A DNA stretch of 64,000 nt, from contig JACKHF010000001.1 in assembly GCA_020639155.1 (NCBI GenBank), positions 1,963,889-2,027,888 of the forward strand, read 5' to 3'. Position 1 is the first letter of the stretch. Every line of letters begins with the position of its first letter. Below, one piece after another: positions 49,250-58,600 of the stretch. The translations under genes were made by a program, and so were the position numbers. The notes under the pieces were generated by a model that saw only the letters and a list, made by a program, of their open reading frames with translations, made no database searches and was not told where the DNA came from. The DNA is from Phycisphaeraceae bacterium. GTDB taxonomy: Bacteria; Planctomycetota; Phycisphaerae; Phycisphaerales; UBA1924.

Positions 49250-50410
49250 TTGTACATGAAGCATAACGTGGGTAATGCGATGGTCTTCCCTGCGAACGCA
49301 CAGGTTCGCCATCATCTTATGGAGATGCTCGGAGATCGTGCGAGATCGGTCCCGAATAAGGAAAAACGCGAGCACTTTCGATACCCCCTCCCTTCGATCA
49401 TTGAGAAGGCAGAGATCCAGCACCCGGGTGGGAGTAAGGTTCATGCTGAAGTGTTGGTGTACAACCTCAGCTCTGGTGGTATCGGCTTTGTCTACACAGG
49501 GTACCTTCACAGAAGTACAGAGATCACAATCACATTGCACACGTTGCGCGGCGAACTTCGCGAGTTGAGCGGCAAGGTCGCATGGTGCGCATTGTTGACG
49601 CGCCAGTTTCATGCTGTTGGAATGCAGTGCGATGAGAAAAGTGATCCAAGAGACTATATTGAACCATCGATTATCGCCGTCCACAATGTTGAGGATGAGT
49701 CAGCACGGCGAAAAGCTCTCCGAGGTCGCGTTCTTCTTGTTGAAGATGACAAGATGGAAGCGAATCTTGTGAAAATGCTGCTCTCAGACACCTCATTGCG
49801 CGTCGATGTGGCATCAGATACGGGCGAGGCACTCGATTGTCTTCGCACGGAATCCTTCGACATTGTGCTGGCCGATTCAGTGCTGCATCGGGATACGCGA
49901 GTTGATCAGTATGTGCCAAGGATGAGAGACGAAGGGTTTACGGGACCGATTGTCCTCTTTCTCCAACAGCGAGACAATATTGACCCGAATGGCAGTTTGC
50001 CTGGCGCATGCACAGATGTTGTTGCAAAGCCACTGAACCAAGACGAGTTGATCGCAGTTATCGAGAGGGCTTTGCGCCACTCCCATGATCCAACCTGCAG
50101 CACTGATCTCATCTATTCAACAATGAAGGATGCGTTGAAGTTCACTTCATGGATTGCAGAATACATCGAAGTCGTGCGTAAAAAAGCGAAACTCATCGAA
50201 GAGGCCCTTCGTTCAGAGAATGTTGAGCTGGCAATGGATGAATGCTCCGCTATCTGCGCAACGGGTGTGAGCTACGGATTTGAGATTCTGTCAGAAGCAG
50301 CCCAGGAAACGATTACAGCTCTGAAATCATCTGCTTCATGCACCGAGTCCGCCGCAGAAATACGCAAGCTGCTGCGAGTAATAAAGCGACTGAGTATTCA
50401 GGGATACTAA
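49250..50410 (+). CDS. PilZ domain - receiver domain protein with a C-terminal helical (HPt-like, His-less) domain
   Basis: RxxxR (REHFR) and DxSxGG-like (NLSSGGIGF) PilZ motifs. Receiver: LLVEDD ... IVLADSV ... VVAKP. Confidence 0.6.
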   Translation: MYMKHNVGNAMVFPANAQVRHHLMEMLGDRARSVPNKEKREHFRYPLPSIIEKAEIQHPGGSKVHAEVLVYNLSSGGIGFVYTGYLHRSTEITITLHTLRGELRELSGKVAWCALLTRQFHAVGMQCDEKSDPRDYIEPSIIAVHNVEDESARRKALRGRVLLVEDDKMEANLVKMLLSDTSLRVDVASDTGEALDCLRTESFDIVLADSVLHRDTRVDQYVPRMRDEGFTGPIVLFLQQRDNIDPNGSLPGACTDVVAKPLNQDELIAVIERALRHSHDPTCSTDLIYSTMKDALKFTSWIAEYIEVVRKKAKLIEEALRSENVELAMDECSAICATGVSYGFEILSEAAQETITALKSSASCTESAAEIRKLLRVIKRLSIQGY

Positions 50411-50412
50411 AC

Positions 50413-53400
50413 TCACTCCAGCGATGGTCTGCCGTTGCGACGTGGCTCCCAGCGCTGCTGACGCTGGAGATGGAACTGCACGTTCACAAACTCGAAGTCG
50501 TCAAGATCGGCTGTGCCACGACGTGATCGGATGTCGATCTTGTTCTCGCCAAGCTGCAACCAGTCAGCGGGCACATTTGCGCGGAACTGTCCGAAGCTGC
50601 CGTCACGCGGTGATCCATCAAGACGCTTTGGCAGCAGTCGATCATTGATCCAGATCTCGTTCGGCGCCTGCGTGCCGCGTGCAAGCAAACGGATCTCTGC
50701 ACGTGTCAGGTCATCGCCAATCTGATCTTCGGTGAGCTCGAATGTCTGCACCCAGCGCAGTCCTTCAGATTTCTTCTGGAACTGCGAGTTGATGCGACCC
50801 GAGAACTCGTCATTACCGAGATGGTGTACATCGGGGTCTGCCTCAAGCACAATGACATCGGAATCAATCGGCGCAAGCATGAATACCACGCGTACGCCGC
50901 GTCTGACATCTTCGGAGCGAATGTTTGTTGACTCTGGTGTGTATCCGTCAGCCGACGCGGAGACCGCGACATTGTCTGGCAGATCCTCGGGCTCAAGCTC
51001 GAACTGTCCGTTGACGTCAGTCAGATATACAAGCTCGTTGCCCTCATCAAGATCAAGTTTCACCATCGCATCGCGGATCGGTCTGCGCGTGCGTGCGTCG
51101 ATCACCATGCCGGTGATCAGGCCCGGATGTTTTTCCGGATCTGCCGATGGTTCCGGTTCCGGATCAGGCTGTTCCGCTGGCAATGCGATGTCGAACGCTT
51201 CCTCGCCGATCTCCGGGATGCTGCCAAGTTCGGTCAGCGCCGGCGGCATGATGTCGAACTCGGGCATCGCATCTGGTGTGTAGGCTTGCTCGCTCAGGGC
51301 CTCGACATGCTCGCGACCAAGTTCTGTTGGCTTCAGGTCGGCACGCATCGTGTCGAGTGCGTCACGCTCCACATCGGCTTGCAACGAGGGGAGCGGAATC
51401 ATGCTCGCATCAGCGATCGCATCGTTTGGTTCATTGACAGCCGATGGCTTTGCGTTATTGCTGTCTTCCGCAATAGGGAGTTGCACATCGTTCAGCTCTG
51501 AAAGCACAGGCGTGTCGGGAGCATCAAACGATGTCGTATCGAATGCGGGGAGTGCGATATCCATGCCCAGTGGGGCGGAGCTGTCAACACTGGAGAGAAT
51601 ATCTGTCGCAAGGGAATCTGTTGGCAGCGGTGTTGCAGTATCCTCGATCGCGAACGTTGCATTCGTGATTGGTGTGTACGTTTCTGTTGAGGTCAGTTCC
51701 GCTGGTGTGATCTCAAGTACTGCGTCCGGGGCAATGGCCATGCTCTGTTCGGGTGAAGCTGCGGCAGGTGTGCTGGTATCGAGCTTCGCATCGAACGCAG
51801 CCAACGGCATCGGTGTCATTGCTGCGGGATTCTCAATTTCGGAGATTGCAGACTCCGGCAGTGCGGTCTCTGCGCTGGATTCTGCAACGCTGGTCTTTGA
51901 TGCAAGCACCCGATCTGCCTCGGCATTGACTGACTCCGGAGCGATTTCTGTCGGGCCAGCAGCGATCGGCGTGAGGGATTCTGTCTCGGCGCGAGCCTGC
52001 GATTGCGCATCAACTCCAGTCGGAACAACGTCAAGCACAACCTCGTTCTGTGCAACAGCAGCCTGAGTTTGTGGCGTTTGCGTGTTGACGGTCTCGGTTG
52101 GCAACTGCGACACCGGAGCCTGTGCCGCCATCTGCGGTCCCTGCACAACGATTGCATCGGTTGACTGTGGTGTAGCGAATGCCTGCGTTGGCCCAGCCTG
52201 CACAGCATCGGGTGTCAGTGTGGCGTTGGATGCCTGCATCGGCGCCGGTGCGTCGTTCTGTGCGCGTGGTGTCTGCGAGTCGGCGGTTGCTGTGACATGC
52301 ACAGCCTGCTCACTGGTCGCAAGTGCAGCGGCTGGTGTGGGCTCGGCGGAGTTCACCTGCGATGATTGTGGAACCTGAGCTTCAGCACGCGCTGTCATCT
52401 GCGGGTTCTGTGCCGAGGTATCTGCTGCGTGTGTCTGCTCAAGCGACTGCGATGGTCCCGCCTGCACAGCTTCTGGATTCATCGCAGCATTTGCAACCTG
52501 CATCGGCGTTGGTGCTTCGCTCGCAGCGCGAGGTGTCTGTGCATCGGCACGCGCCTCGACACGCACGTTCTGCTCATTGACAGCGACTGCTGCGTCGGGT
52601 GTGGGTTCTGCAGAGTTGACCTGCGTTGACTGTGGCACCTGTGTTTCCGCACGAGCCACCATCTGTGGGTTCTGCGCGCTCGTATCTGTTGCCTGCTTCT
52701 GCTCAAAGGCTTGCGCAGCTTCGGCCTGGGTCGCGGTTGGAGTGAGTTCTGTTGCAGCGACTTCAAGCGGTTCGATCTCGGCTTGTTCTGCCTGCGGCGT
52801 CGAAGGAGACTCCGTCGCAGCGATCTCCATCTGCGACATCTCGCCACGCAACTGTCGGGTGATCTCGTTACTTACAGTCCGCACGACGATCGGCTGCTGT
52901 GCACCAACATTGCGATCAGAAGTCCCGTCAAGCGTGCCGTAGACATTCCATACCGCCATGCCGCCGAACAGAAGCATGTGGGCAATGACCGACACAATGA
53001 AACACTTGGCGATCAGCGAGAGCGGCTTCCAGCGCTTTGCCCACATCTCTGTCGTGCGAAGCCAGCCGAGCAGCGCCAGCAGCACAAGTAATAAAAGCAC
53101 CGTTGCAACCATTGGCCACACGCGACTGAGCCAGTCCATGAACGATAAACGCGCCTGTCCTGGGTCGTACTCGGTCACAACCTCACGTGCAACCGTGCGA
53201 TAAATATCGTACGAAACCTTCCCCGCATCGGGATTGTCATCTGAATCGATCCATGGGGTGCGATCAGACGAGAAGTGGAGTTCGAACCCGTCGAAGCTGA
53301 GCGTCGGATCAAGCTCGTTGTGTGGTGAGTTGACAGACTGTCCAAGATTGACAAGGTTGATCAGCCCGTCCCGCGCAAGCAGTGTGTCGAGTGTGTTATC

Positions 53401-54294
53401 TTCGTTTGCAACATCGTCCTCGCTCAACTCGATGGGTTGCTCAGCGACAATCCCTTCAGGAGAGATACGGGAGCGGAAGATATCAAACCCACCAAAGCTC
53501 TCCAGCCGATCAGATGCAAAGTAGATGTAATCACCCGCTGGGCTGAATGCTGGCGAGATGTCGTCATAATCTGTTGAGAGCGACACCAGCATGCGCGCAG
53601 GTATCGTTGTGCCATCTGCGAGTGCTGCAATGTACAGGTCAAAGTCGCCCTGAAACATGCCTTGGCGCACGTTGGTTTGTTCTGGTGCAACATCGGGTCG
53701 GTTTGTTGCAAAGACGAGCGATGCATTGTCTGGTGAGATCGCGGGGGCGTACTCGTGGTATGGTGTGTTGACACCTTCGCCCAGATTCTCTGCCGGGAGC
53801 CATCCCTCCTCGCCTTTGCGTGCAATCCACAGGTCGTACCCGCCCTGCCCGCCAGAACGGTTTGAGGCGAACACGATCGCCTTGCCATCAAGCGTCGGCT
53901 GCGGCCCGAGATCATCGCGATCACTGTTTACTGTGTCCAGCGCGGCGGGTTCGGTCCATCCAAAGCCGTTACGCTGCACAAAGTAAATGTCCGCATCGCC
54001 GCGTTCGCTGGCGCGCGAGAAGAACAGAATCGTGCCGTCGGCACTGAGTCCGGGGTCAAGCTCATTCCGTGGCGAGTTAATCCCGCGTGCAAGCGCAGTG
54101 GCGGGTTTCCACAGAATGTCGCGTGGCGCAGCAACTGAAGCGGATTCGCGGATCGTATCGGTGGGAGCGTTGTCGGTGTAGTAGGTTCCTGAAGACTGCG
54201 CGCGCTGCCACGCGCCAAGAGTGGCAAACGCAAGCCCGCCGACTACGACCAGCGCGACGAGCAGTACCAGAGTTGTGCGTATGAGTTTGCCCAC
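50413..54294 (-). CDS. 1293-aa chimeric envelope protein: N-terminal TM, about 5 PD40 (TolB-like) beta-propeller repeats, two TM helices, about 550-aa Ala/Gln/Thr/Pro-rich disordered spacer with 88-aa tandem repeats, CarboxypepD_reg-like domain and a C-terminal domain
   Basis: PD40-type repeats (VNSPRNELDPGLSADGTILFFSRAS, VNSDRDDLGPQPTLDGKAIVFASNR, YFASDRLESFGGFDIFRS, VNSPHNELDPTLSFDGFELHFSSDR), hydrophobic segments at about residues 395-450, ITGMVIDARTRRPIRDAMVKL (CarbopepD_reg-like). Immediately downstream of exbB-exbD. Confidence 0.65.
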   Translation of the reverse strand: MGKLIRTTLVLLVALVVVGGLAFATLGAWQRAQSSGTYYTDNAPTDTIRESASVAAPRDILWKPATALARGINSPRNELDPGLSADGTILFFSRASERGDADIYFVQRNGFGWTEPAALDTVNSDRDDLGPQPTLDGKAIVFASNRSGGQGGYDLWIARKGEEGWLPAENLGEGVNTPYHEYAPAISPDNASLVFATNRPDVAPEQTNVRQGMFQGDFDLYIAALADGTTIPARMLVSLSTDYDDISPAFSPAGDYIYFASDRLESFGGFDIFRSRISPEGIVAEQPIELSEDDVANEDNTLDTLLARDGLINLVNLGQSVNSPHNELDPTLSFDGFELHFSSDRTPWIDSDDNPDAGKVSYDIYRTVAREVVTEYDPGQARLSFMDWLSRVWPMVATVLLLLVLLALLGWLRTTEMWAKRWKPLSLIAKCFIVSVIAHMLLFGGMAVWNVYGTLDGTSDRNVGAQQPIVVRTVSNEITRQLRGEMSQMEIAATESPSTPQAEQAEIEPLEVAATELTPTATQAEAAQAFEQKQATDTSAQNPQMVARAETQVPQSTQVNSAEPTPDAAVAVNEQNVRVEARADAQTPRAASEAPTPMQVANAAMNPEAVQAGPSQSLEQTHAADTSAQNPQMTARAEAQVPQSSQVNSAEPTPAAALATSEQAVHVTATADSQTPRAQNDAPAPMQASNATLTPDAVQAGPTQAFATPQSTDAIVVQGPQMAAQAPVSQLPTETVNTQTPQTQAAVAQNEVVLDVVPTGVDAQSQARAETESLTPIAAGPTEIAPESVNAEADRVLASKTSVAESSAETALPESAISEIENPAAMTPMPLAAFDAKLDTSTPAAASPEQSMAIAPDAVLEITPAELTSTETYTPITNATFAIEDTATPLPTDSLATDILSSVDSSAPLGMDIALPAFDTTSFDAPDTPVLSELNDVQLPIAEDSNNAKPSAVNEPNDAIADASMIPLPSLQADVERDALDTMRADLKPTELGREHVEALSEQAYTPDAMPEFDIMPPALTELGSIPEIGEEAFDIALPAEQPDPEPEPSADPEKHPGLITGMVIDARTRRPIRDAMVKLDLDEGNELVYLTDVNGQFELEPEDLPDNVAVSASADGYTPESTNIRSEDVRRGVRVVFMLAPIDSDVIVLEADPDVHHLGNDEFSGRINSQFQKKSEGLRWVQTFELTEDQIGDDLTRAEIRLLARGTQAPNEIWINDRLLPKRLDGSPRDGSFGQFRANVPADWLQLGENKIDIRSRRGTADLDDFEFVNVQFHLQRQQRWEPRRNGRPSLE
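52150..52700 (-). repeat. Tandem duplication, about 264-bp unit x about 2.1 copies, inside the giant gene (encodes 88-aa repeats)
   Basis: CCTGCACAGC recurs at 52197 and 52461 (264-bp period). Flanking near-identical blocks were read directly. The protein repeats are AQNPQM(V/T)ARAE(T/A)QVPQS(T/S)QVNSAEPTP... Confidence 0.7.
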
Positions 54295-54385
54295 CGTGTG
54301 GTCCTTGCCCCTCCAACCGAGATCAGTTCGAGCGTCTGTCCATCAGTCCAATCAACAATCCTGCAACGGGCATTTGCACATTGCA

Positions 54386-54802
54386 TCAGTTTTCAGGCAC
54401 AGTATCCAGAAACGGCTCCTGAATGCCTGCCAGCTTACATATGTCCAGTGCGCGGGCGACCATGCCATACGATGCGTCCTTGTCGCCACGCACAACAACC
54501 TTCTGCTCCGGATTCTGTTCGAGCGCGTTGGTCACGATGGATTTTAATCCATCCTCGTCAACAGTCTGCCCGTTTGCGATGATCCGACCATCGTTGGTAA
54601 CATTTACAATCAGTTCTCGTGCAGCTTGCGAGATCGGGCCTGATGCTTCGGAGATCGGTAGTGCGATCTGCATCTCGCGTTCCGACTGATGGAACGTTGT
54701 TGCCACCAGAAAGAAGATCAGCAGCAGGAACACCATATCGATGATCGGTGTCAGCTCGATCGAAGGCGATGAATCACTGGATGTATCTTTCTTGATCAAC
54801 AT
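54386..54802 (-). CDS. ExbD/TolR family biopolymer transport protein
   Basis: 138 aa, an N-terminal TM (IDMVFLLLIFFLVATTF), a periplasmic domain. Confidence 0.8.
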   Translation of the reverse strand: MLIKKDTSSDSSPSIELTPIIDMVFLLLIFFLVATTFHQSEREMQIALPISEASGPISQAARELIVNVTNDGRIIANGQTVDEDGLKSIVTNALEQNPEQKVVVRGDKDASYGMVARALDICKLAGIQEPFLDTVPEN

Positions 54803-54808
54803 CCCGTG

Positions 54809-55609
54809 TTACGCTCCCGCGCCGACATGCGCTGCCTCTGGTTTCGGCTTGTCTGATTCGCGATGTGAATCTGTGAGAGTCAACTTACCCTTGCCACCTG
54901 AGGCAGCCATAGCGTAGTTGAGCAGGAACTTCGTGCCGATCTGATCCATCATCTGCACAAGGCGTTCAATCCGCGAGGAAAGCCAGTGGAAGCAGATCAA
55001 CGCAGGAATCGCAACGAGCAGGCCCGCAGCGGTTGTGACCATCGCCTCGTAAATACCCTCAGCGAGGAGTTCTGTCTTGCCGAGCGCGTCCGAGTTTGTC
55101 GCGACGGTCTGGAATGCGGTAATCATGCCGAAGATCGTGCCGACGAGTCCGAGCAACGGCGCGACCGCAGCAACAACGGAGAGCACACGCAGGTACTTAC
55201 GAAGGACCGAGACCTCGCGCTCTGCGACGACCGCCATGTGCTTCTCTACGACATCGACCGGTCTGCCAAGCTGCTCAGCACCAGAGTGGATGATGCGCGC
55301 GATCGGGCTTGCGTGTGACTTGCAGAATGATTCGGCAGCCTTCCCGTTCCCAGGTGGATTGCCGAGCGCCTTCTCAAGCCCTTCCTCAAACCCATTGGGA
55401 ATGATCTTTGATCTGCGCAGCACAATCAGGCGCTCAATAAACACCGTGACCATGATGAGCGATGCGATCCCGATCGGGATCATCATCACGCCACCTTTGA
55501 CAGCAAAGTCCCACACCGAACCGATGAGATTCCCGCCGCCTGCCTGCGCAGCACCGGGCTGGGTTGCTGTGTCCTGTATCATCGCCAGCACGCTCATGTG
55601 CATCTGCAA
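54809..55609 (-). CDS. MotA/TolQ/ExbB proton-channel family protein
   Basis: Three TM helices and a conserved C-terminal TM2-3 region (LGLVGTIFGMITAF). Confidence 0.8.
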   Translation of the reverse strand: MQMHMSVLAMIQDTATQPGAAQAGGGNLIGSVWDFAVKGGVMMIPIGIASLIMVTVFIERLIVLRRSKIIPNGFEEGLEKALGNPPGNGKAAESFCKSHASPIARIIHSGAEQLGRPVDVVEKHMAVVAEREVSVLRKYLRVLSVVAAVAPLLGLVGTIFGMITAFQTVATNSDALGKTELLAEGIYEAMVTTAAGLLVAIPALICFHWLSSRIERLVQMMDQIGTKFLLNYAMAASGGKGKLTLTDSHRESDKPKPEAAHVGAGA

Positions 55610-55672
55610 ACTCCGTTTTCTTTGATAGTTCCTGCGTTCGCACTCGTGCTGCGTCGCACACTCTGTCTCTGC

Positions 55673-58600
55673 TTATCCTCTGCCGGGAACGTTGCGAGGC
55701 CGTAACTGCTCAACCTTCTGCGCTGCCCGCTGCGCCCACTCGGTATCGCCGAATCGATCGACGATAGACTGGTACTGCTCGCGAGCCTGATCGAATCGAT
55801 TCAGCTTCTCGAAGCACCGCCCCGCTTCGTATAGCGCAGCGGCGCTCCATTCCGGGTACGCATGGAGGATGTCCACACGGATGAACTCAGTGACTGCCTC
55901 GTCGAGTTTGTCGATCGCGAACAGGCACTCGCCAATCTGGAACTGCGCGCGAGCAGCGGTGAGGCCCTCGTGCCCGTCAACAACGCGCCGATACGCCTTG
56001 ATCGCATCCTCGTGCTGGCCCTGATGCTCCTTTGCCCAGCCAATCCCGAACTGCGCTTTGAACCACATCTCGTGGTCTGGGTACAACTTCAGAAATGTGG
56101 TGTATGACGTTTCGCTGTTGGACCACTGCTCGGTCTCGCCCTGAGCTTCGCCCAAACGGATGTATGCAACAGCCGCATTCTCGTGCTCGCCATGGTCCTT
56201 GATCAGACGTTGGAGATGTGGAATGGCATCGCCGTGGCGATTCAGGCGCATCAGCGCCTCGCCGCAAAGCAGTTCGGCCGATGCCATGAGCTTGCTCTGC
56301 GGATACTGCTTCCAGAACTGGTCGAGCGCGTTGGCGACGATATCAAACTTCTCGAGTTTGTGCCCGGTAACGCCGCGACGGTACGCTGCTTGCTCGCGCA
56401 CCGATTCGGGGATCTTTGTCTGATCCCGGCGGATGAGCTCATCAAGCTGGTTCAGCGTTGGCAACGCCTGCTCAAACTGGTTCGCATCCATCTGGATCGA
56501 TGCAAGATCGAGCAGCGCGTGCGCACGCAGACGAGGCTCGATGTTGGCATCATTCAGCAATGTACGCAGCGCACTTGCCGACTCGTCCGATTTCTTGAGC
56601 GCTCGCAGACTCCATGCTCGCTCATACGCGAGATTCGCGCGCGTCGGCTCGTCAAGCTGCGCATCGTTCATTGCAAGAAGCGCATCGACTTCGTTGACAG
56701 CAGCTTCAGATTTACCCGAGCGTGAGAGTGCGATCGATCTGCTGATCCGAGCGCGAATACCAAGTGCTCCGCCCGTCTTTGTGACCGGTTCAAGCGTTGC
56801 TGCAGCTTGCGCAAACTCACCTCGTGCAAGGAGGGCCTCGCCTTGCTGGAGCTGCGCCTCGGTGGCAAGTTCAATTGGCCCGTTCTCAGCTGCACGAGCA
56901 AACCACTCCGTTGCAGCTTCAAGGTTGCCCTTGCGCTGTTCGATTGAGCCGAGGTGACGCATCGCAAACGCAGCAAACCGCGACCCCTCGTCCGCATCAA
57001 CAACGGCGAGCATGGCTTTTTCCGCCTGCTCGTCGTTGCCCATGTCGATGAGCGCCTGCCCACGTTCGAACATGGCTTGCAATGTGTGGACGCTCTCATC
57101 CATTGCAATGATCGCATCAAAGCACTGGATCGCTTCTCCAGGGCGATTCTGGCGCACACGCGAAAGTCCGAGCTTCAGCAGCGCGTCGTCAGCACCGAAC
57201 GCGTTTGGATCTGCTTCGAGATAGTCCTTGAAATGCCGCTCGGCGTTCGGCCACTCGCTGCGCGCAAACGCGATGTCGCCGAGTGCGCGCAAAGCAGAGC
57301 GGAACTCGGGCTTGGTTGATGCGCCTCTGGTAATACGGGCGAGTTCCTGCACAGCCTGATCATCACGATTCTGGCGATGATGCGCCATGCCAATACGGAA
57401 ATGCGCTGTGTCACCCCGATCGTCATTTGGGAACTCATTCAGCAGCTTTGCATATCCCGCGATCGCATCATCCCATCGACCCGCGAGAAAATCCGCTTCA
57501 GCACCGACAACGATCACATCTGCCATCAACCGATGGTTTGCGAACTTGCCCGCGTACTCACTCGCGAGCGACTTCGCACGCTCGTATCCCTCGCGTGAGA
57601 GTTCGGACGATGCTTCGAGGTACATCGCTTCCGGAACAAGACGATGCTCCGGGAAGGACCGGCGATAGGCGCCAGCGGCATCGATTGCACCGTCCACGTC
57701 ACCAGCACGTGAAAGAGCAACCGCACGGTCGTACATCATCTCGGGTTTGAGCGAGCTGTCAGGGTAGTTCTCGATCGCCTTCTCAAGCGTGTCGGCTGCA
57801 CGACTCGGCTCATCAAGGCGCATCTCGCACTTCGCAATCCAGTACATCGCGTCGTCGTGCAGTGCCTTTTCCTGTGTTTTCAGGACGCGCTCAAAGTCCT
57901 GCTTTGCAGGCGCGAAGCGGTCGTTATCGAGATGGATGCGTCCTCGCATGAAGACTGCGCCGGGTGCTGCCGTTGACGACCCGAACTGCTCGATCACCTC
58001 CTGCGCCAGTGTCTCGGCTTCCGCAAGATTCCCCTTGTCATGAAGAAGTTGCGATAGAGACAGCTTTGCTTGCGGCAAGAACGACTCGACACCGCGTGCA
58101 ATGGCGTCGCGGTACGCACGGATTGCATCATCAGGACGGTTGACTGCCTGCAGCGCACGAGCGCGAAGGAATGTGGCCTGATCAGCAATGGGACCTGCAT
58201 TCTCACGCTTGAGCACCTCTTCGAGATGTGGAAGCGATTCCGATTCCTTGTGCTGTGCCATCAGCGCCATGGAGTGAAACAGTTCTGCGCGTGATCGCTT
58301 TGCGCTGTCAGGGAAATCCCGCTCAAGCCGCGTCGCCGCTGCGATCGCTTCGTCGAGGTCGTTCGTACGATATCGGGATTCTGCGAGCATCGATAATGCA
58401 TCATCAAGCGACGCATGATCGGGGAACCGCTCGATCAGCACTGCAAACCGGTCACCCGCTTCCTTGTACTTGCCGAGAAGCACGAAGCTGTGACCGCGGA
58501 GGAGCTCTGCATCACCAGCGAACTCAAAGGTTGGTGTAGTTGCTGGCATTTCCAGCATGGCAGCAGCATCTTCGTACTGCTGCAGTCGGTAGTAGCACAC

